Origin: Opitutales bacterium
Lineage (GTDB): Bacteria; Verrucomicrobiota; Verrucomicrobiia; Opitutales; PNEW01
NCBI GenBank assembly: GCA_965219535.1
Contig: CBDCNV010000002.1
Coordinates: 180,001 to 212,000 of the forward strand
Direction: 5' to 3'
DNA length: 32,000 bases
The translations under genes and the position numbers were made by a program. Positions within the stretch are counted from its first letter, which is position 1. The number at the start of each line of letters is the position of its first letter. This document shows positions 17,451 to 26,275 of this stretch, piece by piece. The notes under the pieces were generated by a model. That model did no database searches. It saw only the letters and a list, made by a program, of their open reading frames with translations, and was not told the DNA's origin.

Positions 17451-19774
17451 ATGGCTTCATCCATAGGCCACTACCTAAGTCTCTGCTTCATTTTTATTTT
17501 AATCCTGCTTGGAGGGGGAACAAATATCTGGTCACAAGCACTCTGTTTAGTGGCAACGGGTATTTTCCTCATATGTTTTCCACCCCGAAAGTCACCTGGA
17601 AAATATATTAATATTGCAGCTTTAGGGTTGATTGCTACGGCCCTGCTGGGATTTCTTCCCATCCCATTATTTTTGCGGCCACGCTGGTGGATTGAAGCTA
17701 CACAGGATTTCGGATTATACCTTCCGCTTACTTTATCATCGCAACCGTTACATACGCTCGAAGCGGTAGTGTTATTAATAACCGTTATCGCCTGGTTTTA
17801 CACGCTCAGTGGGATGGAGCTTTTTCATACGCGGCGCAAAACCCTCCTTTGGTGTTTCTCTCTCGGCATCTTTATTCTCGCTATCGGTATTGTCATCGGA
17901 ACACATAAAACTTTAAATTACCCATTTGGCCGGGAAGCACATAGTTTCAGCTATTTTCCCAATCGCAACCAGACAAGTATTTTACTTGCGATGGGTGGTG
18001 TTGTCGCCTTCACCCTATCGATGATAGCGATGAGCTCCCGTCGTTATATACAGGTGTTATGCGGGCTGTTTATCACGATCGTTATTCTTTTTGCTCTCAT
18101 CTATAGTCTCTCTAAAGCGGGAATCCTATTATTTTTATCGGGTGCATTATCTGGCTTTTCAGCACCCAACAGAAGCGATCAATGTTTCGTTATGCCCGCT
18201 TCGCAGTACCCGTTATAATTATCCTCGTCAGTGTATTCATGATCTATGGTGGGTGGACCCTGGAACGAGTCGTCCAGTTATTCGATCAAGGGGTGATTAA
18301 TGAAAAAGGGTTTCGCTGGCGAATTTACCAGGACACGGCTCGTTTGATAGCTGATCAGCCGGTGTTGGGTATAGGACTGGGAAATTTTGAAGCAGTTTTT
18401 CCACAATATCGGGAGAATTCTGCCACTTTCCATGCTATAATCCACCCTGAGAGTGACTGGTTTTGGGTGTGGGCCGAGTTAGGAACATTGGGGGTTGTTT
18501 TTCTTCTGTTTCTTTGTGGAGCGATGTTTGCGGGAATTTTCCCTTTTAGTGAGGGAAAACAAACACATTACCGTGCCGTCGCCGCCACGGCAATGATCAT
18601 ATTTCTTGCGCACACCGTGGTCGATGTGTCAGGGCATCGCTTGGGGACAGTATTTGCGGCTATCTATTTGTCTGTCTTAGCCCGACCTCGCCATTCGGCC
18701 TCCGATGATTTATTCCCCCCACTATACTTTTGGCGATGGAGTGGAGTATCCATTCTTCTCGTGGGACTTATCTGGGGATTGGCTTGGGCATTACCACAAG
18801 CGTGGAATTCCTCTGTCGCACAAAAAATTAATGAGGATAGAATCGAACAAGCATTAGAGAGAAGGGATAAAAAATCATTTGAAGAGGCAGTTAATGACTC
18901 CCTGATGTGGTCTCCGCTTAACATGAGGGCTTATTTTGATCGAGCGCGTGGTTTAATACATTTTCGAGAAAATGCTCAAGCAGCGAGGAAGGACTTTAGA
19001 CGCGCCCGATATCTGGAACCGATAACTGCAGACGTAGCCTTCTATGAAGGACTGGCGTGGATACCGCACAATCAGGCTTATACCCTTAGCGCCTGGCGTG
19101 AAGCATTAGCGCGTAAAACTGAATTTCCGCGTGATCTCTATCGTATGATGCTGCGTCATTCCAATAAAATTGATCCGCTCAATGCTCAAGTACGTGCACT
19201 ATCCGTCGTTGACCCCGCCCACCAATTTTTCATGTTAAATTCGTTATATGGAAATGAGTTTAAAGAGGAATTCCATTTTATCGCAGTAAACAATCCCTTA
19301 CTGGAAAATTATTCTCTACAGCAAAAGAAGATTCTTTTTAAAAAATGGATCGATTCGGGTGATGTGATAGGTGTGGTAGAACATTTCGATGAATACCCAG
19401 CCATCGCCGATGAACTATGGGTTAGCAAGGCGCGTGCTGATGCCGCTGGAGGTGACTATTTTTCGGCTTGCACAACTGTTTTTCAGCACCTCTCAAAACC
19501 GGATCTTCCAGCCATAGGGGAAGACATTCCAGTTTTTCAGTTGGAGCGCCTGTATATCGTCAATCAACACGATCCGGTTTACGGGGCCGCTTTATTAAAG
19601 CATCAAATCGAACTTCGCGACTGGAATGGAGTGTTACGAACAATCGGAAAATTTAAGAATCAACCTGACATTCCTAGTTACGTTTACTACTGGGAAGCCA
19701 AGATTTATTTTGATCAGAAAAAATTAGCAGAGAGCTGGTCTAGTTTGGCAATCTATCTCAAGAGAGTCGAATAA
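17451..19774 (+). pseudogene. O-antigen-ligase-like (Wzy_C) polytopic membrane protein with C-terminal helical-repeat domain, split by a frameshift near 18150-18180
   Basis: ORFs 17451-18218 and 18182-19774 overlap in different frames. The first ends inside the Wzy_C core (YSLSKAGILLFLSGAL). The second frame is open from 18116 and continues with the family-typical RWRIYQDTARLIADQPVLGIGLGNFEAVF and HPESDWFWVWAELGTLG. Together they make ~770 aa. Confidence 0.7.
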
Positions 19775-19819
19775 TAATCGGGTATTACCGTTAGCAGTGT
19801 CTTAACCCTATTGAATCTC

Positions 19820-21355
19820 TTATTGAGGGTCTACGTTTACTGAACGATCAAGAAATGCGAGGACTTTCATTCTTGCTTCCTCTTCATATTCCAATCCAGA
19901 GACTATAATTTCCAATGAGCGTCGACCGCTCAGCCGCTTGGCCTTCATTGCATTATCCAGCCGTTCCCATTTACTGCGGGCAGAAGGGACCGTCTCACCA
20001 GATACGTCATTCCAAACTGAGAAGAAAACAAAGATCGGTGAATTGTTGTCATATAATATATATGTATTTATCTCTAAATCTAATCCATTTCTCGACCAAT
20101 TGAAATCATCCGCATGAATAATTTCGGAATAACCAGCGGCTGGAAGGCAAACTTCGGGGCGATGCACATCGGAAAATGATGAGATGTTTCCTTCTTCCCA
20201 GTTAAAGTAATAGGTGATCCAATGTTCTCTTTGGCCGATATTCCACCGTGCTTTTTTACCTTCTGAATAACGTAAAACAGAACGTATCCTTCCGGGGATA
20301 TCTTCGAATATTATATCAGATGCGGCTTGCGTCCAATCGATCGTTGCAATGATACGATCTTGCCTGGCGGGTTCCTGTAATTGATACCAGGCTTCAACGA
20401 ATGGGGCGCTTCCGATTAATAAAATTAGTGCTGGATAAACAGTTATCTTGTTCAACCAATTTATCGAAAAGAAGAGATGATCATTATGGTTCCCCTGCTT
20501 TCTGCTACGCTTATTTTTTCTCACGAAAAATGACAGAAACAGAAGAAGCACAAATGCAAAAAGTGAAACTAAGTAGCCAACCGGATCATGCCAATGTTCC
20601 ATAAACTGCGGCCCAATCATATGTGTTGCAAAAGTAAGCGTTAAGGTTCGTATGATATTGAGAACGATCGAAGCGACAACGCCAAACCCCAGGAGAGAAA
20701 CACGCCAATTAATGTTGAAACGAAAGAGTTCGCCGAGAAAGTATCCTAACATCAGGGTGGATTGAAAAGAGCGCACCCCACTGCAAGCTTCTTCTACACC
20801 CACCAGTCCGTTGGTCAGCATTATGATGTTTCCTTTTTGCAGAGCATAAATCCCCAGAAGATTAAAAGTATCTACCGTTATTGCTGCCACCATGCGCATC
20901 AAACCTTGAATGAGTGGCTGTTCAAATTGCGTTGGCCAAGGAACGCTGAACAAGAGGATTAAAAATGGAAGGGAAAAATGTTTTAGCCAGGGTGATCCCC
21001 CCCATTGATAAAAGATAGCTAAAGTTGCCCCAAAAACAATCATCGACTGGGTCCAATGCATGAGACGCCAATCGGGATTGGATTCGAGAATGATTTTTGT
21101 CGGGTAAAGACTGACCAAAACAATAAACAATAAAAGGGTGGTCAGTTTATTAAATCGTGCCACCTCGGGAGAGGGTCTATCTTGCCAACGCAGGAAAATT
21201 AAATAGGCTCCAATCCAGGGAACGAGATAGCCGAATTGATACTGTTCATTAAGTGACCACTCCAAGCTTAAGGTTAAAAACAGATCCCCCCACAACAGAC
21301 AGAGAAGGAGGATATTACTGGTTTTAAGTATAGAGGAGTGATAGATATAGCCCAC
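19820..21355 (-). CDS. Exosortase (EpsH/Xrt family) with fused C-terminal EpsI-like domain
   Basis: 511 aa. The N-terminus is WSLNEQYQFGYLVPWIGAYLIFLRW. The catalytic-type motif EEACSGVRSF has its Cys codon at 20785-20783. The conserved Arg (LNIIRTL) and His (HWHDPVGY) are present across ~8 TM helices. A ~200-aa soluble tail follows a KNKRSRK stop-transfer, in the position of EpsI. Confidence 0.85.
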   Translation of the reverse strand: MGYIYHSSILKTSNILLLCLLWGDLFLTLSLEWSLNEQYQFGYLVPWIGAYLIFLRWQDRPSPEVARFNKLTTLLLFIVLVSLYPTKIILESNPDWRLMHWTQSMIVFGATLAIFYQWGGSPWLKHFSLPFLILLFSVPWPTQFEQPLIQGLMRMVAAITVDTFNLLGIYALQKGNIIMLTNGLVGVEEACSGVRSFQSTLMLGYFLGELFRFNINWRVSLLGFGVVASIVLNIIRTLTLTFATHMIGPQFMEHWHDPVGYLVSLFAFVLLLFLSFFVRKNKRSRKQGNHNDHLFFSINWLNKITVYPALILLIGSAPFVEAWYQLQEPARQDRIIATIDWTQAASDIIFEDIPGRIRSVLRYSEGKKARWNIGQREHWITYYFNWEEGNISSFSDVHRPEVCLPAAGYSEIIHADDFNWSRNGLDLEINTYILYDNNSPIFVFFSVWNDVSGETVPSARSKWERLDNAMKAKRLSGRRSLEIIVSGLEYEEEARMKVLAFLDRSVNVDPQ

Positions 21356-21720
21356 GCGCTCAAGACCCTACATTATTATTCTATTGATATTGAATTTTCC
21401 AATCCCTCAGCGAGGGAGACAGCGTTCATAACTTAAATTATAAAATGCATGTATTCTTTAATAAAAATAAAAAACCTCATACGTAAAGAGGACATTACAT
21501 GTTATATACCGACCTTTCTCATATAATCGCAAAATATCTCCTTGCCAAGTAGAGATTGGCGTATATGCAATGAATTGAAGGTTTTATGAGGTAGGTTATA
21601 AAAGCTGAAAATAATAAGACCAAATATCGGTAAATGATTTACAACTATATTCTTAGGAAAAGTCATGCACGGTAAAATTGCTTGCTATTGTAAATTCATC
21701 TTTTAAGAATACCCGAAAAT

Positions 21721-22560
21721 ATGGAGCTGAAGAAGAGTCCTGCCTTTACCCCGCATCTTGAAGATGAGTTGAGGGAATCCTTAAAGCGCTGTTCACCGGA
21801 AACCGTAGAAGCCGCTCTTGGCTTCCGGCAGTACGGAAATTTTGACGATATTCCGGTAATTGTATTAGGTATTATCGAGAGGTTCCTCGAACCTGATGTT
21901 CGACACTTACTTAGAGAAGGCAACGATGATACCCGTTTATTCGAAGACCTCGGTGTAGATTCCCTGTTGATGGTTGAGATTATTATTCTCGTAGAGGAAA
22001 CACTCGACATCTCTATTGCCAACGACGAATTAAGAGATATCAGGAGCGTAGGTGATATCAAAACTTACCTTGATTACAAAGTTAAAGGCATTCCTATTCC
22101 ACAACAGAACAAACGTCTCACGGTTGAAGAGATTGCTTCTGTGATGCCACACCAAGACCCCTTCCTCTTTATCAGAGAGTCTAAAATTAGTCTTAACGAG
22201 GCTGAATCCATTTACTCGATCACGGGGGAAGAATTTTTTCTCGATGGACATTTTAAAAACAACCCCGTTTTTCCCGCCTCTATTCTCATTGAAGCATTGG
22301 GGCAGTTGGCAGTACTCTATCTCATCCGAAACGAAAAGCCGGAATTCGAACAACCGATTGACACCAGTAAAGTGATGTTTGCTTCATGCGATGGCGTTCG
22401 CTGTCATCGGGTTTGCCGCCCTGGAGATATTCTTAACCTAAAAGTTAAATTGAAAAGGATACGCTATCCTTTAGTAACATTTGAGGGTACCATTACGGTG
22501 GGTGATGAAAAGGCTGTATTCGCGGAAGATATAACTTTGGCCTTTGACTATGAAAGTTAA
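21721..22560 (+). CDS. Fusion protein: acyl carrier protein domain + FabZ/FabA-like (hotdog) 3-hydroxyacyl-ACP dehydratase domain
   Basis: 279 aa. The ACP phosphopantetheine site is LGVDSLLMVE (Ser81 codon 21961-21963). The dehydratase motifs are MPHQDPFLFI and GHFKNNPVFPASILIEALGQ, carrying the catalytic His and Glu positions of FabZ. Confidence 0.8.
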   Translation: MELKKSPAFTPHLEDELRESLKRCSPETVEAALGFRQYGNFDDIPVIVLGIIERFLEPDVRHLLREGNDDTRLFEDLGVDSLLMVEIIILVEETLDISIANDELRDIRSVGDIKTYLDYKVKGIPIPQQNKRLTVEEIASVMPHQDPFLFIRESKISLNEAESIYSITGEEFFLDGHFKNNPVFPASILIEALGQLAVLYLIRNEKPEFEQPIDTSKVMFASCDGVRCHRVCRPGDILNLKVKLKRIRYPLVTFEGTITVGDEKAVFAEDITLAFDYES

Positions 22561-22636
22561 GGTTATCGCCTTTTAAGTAATCATTCACTCTTAACCGGGA
22601 AGTCCTTTAAAAGGCAAGCCCTTCGACCCAGGAAAG

Positions 22637-23902
22637 ATGCGCAAGGTAGTAGTCACCGGTTTGGGCTTTGTAACAAGCATTGGCAATGACAAAGCTTCCG
22701 TCTTCGACAGTCTTTGTCATTTGAAACATGGGATCGAACTTTTTCCCCCCTTCCAAAAAGATGATGTTCCGGTTAAATTAGCCGCGCCGATTAAGGAATT
22801 TAATACCGAATCCATGGATTCTGAAGACTGGGCCTACCCCAGTCAGTATAAATTGCGTTTAGACACCCTGCGCGGCTTATCACCTCATGGATTATATGCC
22901 TATTGTGCCATGGTTCAGGCGATCCAAGATGCCGGATTGTCTGAAGATGAGATTTCAAATCCAAAGACTGGTTTATTTACCGCCTCATCCGGGTCTGTAT
23001 CTATGACTTATAATCACCTCAATCGTATGTTTAAAGTTGGTGTTTTGAGGGCGTCACCCCAGGGAATTATTTCATCTATTGTCGGGACTTTGAATTTTAA
23101 TCTCGTTGCTGCATTTAAAATTAAAGGTGCGTCGAGTGGTTTTGCCTCGGCATGTTCTTCCTCTGGTCACGCGTTAGGGTATGCCTATGACGAAATTGCC
23201 CTCGGGCGCCACGACCGCATGTTTGTTGTCGGCGGTGAAGACGGCAACTTTCTTAGTATTTTGCCCTTTGCTGGTATGCGTGTTTTAACTTTATCACTCG
23301 ATCCAGATCGGGCTTCACGACCTTTTGATAAAAACAGGGATGGATTCGTAGGTACCGGAGGCGCGGTAGTGATGGTTTTGGAAGAGGAAACTATCGCGCG
23401 GAAGCGAAAAGCGGATATATACGCAGAATTCATGGGCTGGGGGCAAGCCTCTGATGGCTACCATGTCGCCCTTTCACACCCCGAGGGGAATGGGCTGATC
23501 CAATCGATGCAGCGGGCCTTGGAATCGGTGAAACTTGGTCCCAAAGATATCGATTACATCAATGCTCACGCCCCATCCACCCTCGCTGGTGATTTGTCGG
23601 AAATGCGCGCTTTAAAAAAAGTCTTTAATCAAAATAATTGTAAGCCGGCAATTAGCAGTACAAAAGCACTGACCGGCCATGCTTTATCACTCGCAAGCAT
23701 AATGGAAGCATCCTTTTCTGTCCTGGCAATAAAAGAAGACTTTACGCCGGGTTCAGCTCACATTGAGACCCTCGATCCAGAAGCAAAAGGTTTAAATATT
23801 ATAAATAAAACGCAAGAGGGGGGCCCCAAGCATGCGATGAGTAACAGCAGTGGTTTTGGCGGTGCGAATGTCTCTTTAATTTTTAGTGATCCCAATCACT
23901 GA
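22637..23902 (+). CDS. Beta-ketoacyl-ACP synthase, KAS I/II (FabB/FabF-like, Cys-His-His)
   Basis: 421 aa with the active-site Cys in ASACSSSGHA, His residues in NAHAPST and LTGHALS, and C-terminal SNSSGFGGANVSL. Confidence 0.9.
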   Translation: MRKVVVTGLGFVTSIGNDKASVFDSLCHLKHGIELFPPFQKDDVPVKLAAPIKEFNTESMDSEDWAYPSQYKLRLDTLRGLSPHGLYAYCAMVQAIQDAGLSEDEISNPKTGLFTASSGSVSMTYNHLNRMFKVGVLRASPQGIISSIVGTLNFNLVAAFKIKGASSGFASACSSSGHALGYAYDEIALGRHDRMFVVGGEDGNFLSILPFAGMRVLTLSLDPDRASRPFDKNRDGFVGTGGAVVMVLEEETIARKRKADIYAEFMGWGQASDGYHVALSHPEGNGLIQSMQRALESVKLGPKDIDYINAHAPSTLAGDLSEMRALKKVFNQNNCKPAISSTKALTGHALSLASIMEASFSVLAIKEDFTPGSAHIETLDPEAKGLNIINKTQEGGPKHAMSNSSGFGGANVSLIFSDPNH

Positions 23903-23961
23903 TTTCTTGGATTCGGGACAAATTTAATTTTCGGTGTAAGTAGAGAGACCTGTATTGGCTT

Positions 23962-25170
23962 ATGACAAAGCCCCTTAAAATCACTTACTTATTTTCGACT
24001 TTCCCCGTTGCGACAGAAACCTTTTTGCAAAGGGAAGTCCGGGCAATGATTAAACTTCCGGTAGAACTTGAACTGTTTTCATTATGGGGAGGAGATAAAT
24101 CATATAAAGGGTTAAAAGTGTTTCGGTTCGCTAAATGGAAGCTGGTCTTACTGATTATTCTCTTCCCTTACTGGATGGGAAAGAATCCAAAAGCATTTCG
24201 TTATATTTTCTCAGGATTAAGGCAACGGAGCATGCCATCGCTCGGCAATGCCGGTGAAATTTTTATCGGATTAAGTTTTGCCATTCTTTACGCAGGAAGA
24301 TTCAGCCGACAACGACCTTCACACTTTCATGCTACATGGGCGACAATGCCTGCGACCGCTGCCATGCTTTTATCTAAACTGACAGGAGTACCATTCTCTA
24401 TGGGGGCTCATGCTTTCGACATTTATGCAAATGGTGGCGACTGGTTATTGCCTGAAAAACTATCGGAGTCCACTTTTGTTCATACAACAACTGAAGCAGC
24501 CGAACGTTATTTAATTGAAAGGGGTGCTGATAAAAATGACATCGTGGTCATTAGGCGTGGTCTGGACTACTATCCAGAGTTAAAAACAGAGCATGCTATC
24601 AGACATCCATTAAGAATTCTAAGTGTTGGAAGACTTGTAGAAAAAAAAGATCAATTACGACAAATTGATATCTATGCTGAGTTGTTGAAAAAGGGGGTTT
24701 CTTTCAAAGCCAGAATAGTGGGATCTGGGCCGATGGAAAATACATTGCGTGCGAAAATTAAGGAACTTGATCTTCTGGCTAACGTGAAACTCATGGGTTA
24801 TATTGATAATGAGGCAGTGTTTGAACAGTATCGTTGGGCAGATATTTTTCTCTACACGACAAGAATCGCTTCTGACGGTAATCGCGATGGAACCCCTAAT
24901 GTGATCCTAGAGGCTATGGCGGCGGGTTTGCCGGTTGTTGCTGCCGTCCATCCCGGAATATCCGAAGTTATCACCTCTGAGGAAAATGGATTGATTATCG
25001 AGCAATCAGAGAGTGAAGCTTGGGGTGAAGCTATTTCAGACCTCATTAATAATTGTGAATTATACAATAAAATCCGAATGAATGGACGTCACTGGGTAGA
25101 AGAAAATGCAGATGCACACAAAAATACTACCCGTCTCTACCAAAAGTTTAAAAACGCCGTTAATGCTTAA
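23962..25170 (+). CDS. Glycosyltransferase family 4 (GT-B, WcaL-like)
   Basis: 402 aa with the C-terminal GT4 signature DGTPNVILEAMAAGLPVVAAVHPGISEVI. The N-terminus TYLFSTFPVATETFLQREV resembles EPS/colanic-acid-type GT4 enzymes. Confidence 0.85.
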   Translation: MTKPLKITYLFSTFPVATETFLQREVRAMIKLPVELELFSLWGGDKSYKGLKVFRFAKWKLVLLIILFPYWMGKNPKAFRYIFSGLRQRSMPSLGNAGEIFIGLSFAILYAGRFSRQRPSHFHATWATMPATAAMLLSKLTGVPFSMGAHAFDIYANGGDWLLPEKLSESTFVHTTTEAAERYLIERGADKNDIVVIRRGLDYYPELKTEHAIRHPLRILSVGRLVEKKDQLRQIDIYAELLKKGVSFKARIVGSGPMENTLRAKIKELDLLANVKLMGYIDNEAVFEQYRWADIFLYTTRIASDGNRDGTPNVILEAMAAGLPVVAAVHPGISEVITSEENGLIIEQSESEAWGEAISDLINNCELYNKIRMNGRHWVEENADAHKNTTRLYQKFKNAVNA

Positions 25171-25192
25171 AAGTAAATGATTCGTCTAAAAT

Positions 25193-26275
25193 TTAATTAT
25201 TATCCTCAGCCCCGTTAATAACGGCCGTTAATTCATTTTTGATTTCTTCAACCGAAAATGCGTTGAAATAGCGCCGATGATAAGCGCGGGTAGTTTCCCA
25301 AAGTCGTGGAGAGAGGGGCTTCTCAAATACCTTGGCCGATGATCCAAGTGGCCGCCAGCGAGTCGAGGCCAGTTTTCTCCCGAGTGGTCCGATAAGCGTT
25401 ACCGCTGGGCAATTTACCGCGGTGGCAAGATGCGCTGGGCCACTGTCTCGAGAAAGCAGAAAACGCGCTTCGTTTAAAACACGAGCGGTCTCCCCTAAAT
25501 GAGTGATCCCGGTTAAATCGCTAACCTTTTCACTCAAGCGATTACCGATTAATTTTAAAAATGATTTTTTCACGGGATCATCGCTCTCAGATCCAATGAG
25601 AACGAGATGATAATCTAACTCATCAATAAGCCAGGGGGTAAGCCCCGCGAAAATGTTTGCCGGGATCCGGGCTTTGGATGCGTGTGCGCTTATATGAAAT
25701 ACGGCAAAAGGACAATTGGATCTCCACCAGGGTAAAAGCTCAAGCAGGCGCGCGTCAGTTATGGATTCCGGTGATAGCCAGGGTTCGAGTTTATGAGGTG
25801 GGGAGATGTGAAGAGGGTTGAGCAAATCTAAATTATATTCGGCCTCATGTTGCAGTCCTTCCTTTCTTCGATCAGGGATAGTGTGGGTGAGCCAGGCGTT
25901 ATGTTTTTTTTGCCGGTGACCCAATCGATAGGGAATATTCGCTTTATAGGCAGCAGCAGCTACTATTGGGTCATGATTAAAGTGAATGATACAATCTGGA
26001 TTTAAATTCAGTATCTTATCTCTTAAAAATGGGATTGAATGATTGGGGTTCGCATTGCGATCCGGCAGGGAAATTATTCCTGAAAGCAAGGGATGATCAC
26101 TGAGTAATGGAATCAACGGCTCATTAACGAGGAAGTAAATCTCAAGGTCAGGATAAACATCATGGATTACTTTTAGACACGAAGTCGTGATTACCACATC
26201 GCCAATGCGATCTGGGCGGGATAGCAGCAGGCGCTTGAAAGCCCTGACTGCCTGTTGAGAGATTTTCGACTTCAA
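25193..26275 (-). CDS. Glycosyltransferase family 9 (heptosyltransferase-like)
   Basis: 360 aa with RPDRIGDVVITTSCLKVI near the N-terminus and LSRDSGPAHLATAVNCPAVTLIGP near the C-terminus. Both are typical GT9 blocks. Its start overlaps the stop of the upstream alpha-oxoamine synthase by 4 nt. Confidence 0.85.
   Translation of the reverse strand: MKSKISQQAVRAFKRLLLSRPDRIGDVVITTSCLKVIHDVYPDLEIYFLVNEPLIPLLSDHPLLSGIISLPDRNANPNHSIPFLRDKILNLNPDCIIHFNHDPIVAAAAYKANIPYRLGHRQKKHNAWLTHTIPDRRKEGLQHEAEYNLDLLNPLHISPPHKLEPWLSPESITDARLLELLPWWRSNCPFAVFHISAHASKARIPANIFAGLTPWLIDELDYHLVLIGSESDDPVKKSFLKLIGNRLSEKVSDLTGITHLGETARVLNEARFLLSRDSGPAHLATAVNCPAVTLIGPLGRKLASTRWRPLGSSAKVFEKPLSPRLWETTRAYHRRYFNAFSVEEIKNELTAVINGAEDNN

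Noticed and set aside
21696-22353. Minus-strand ORFs of 121 and 107 aa
   Set aside because: They lie antisense to the ACP-FabZ fusion gene, which has clear catalytic motifs.
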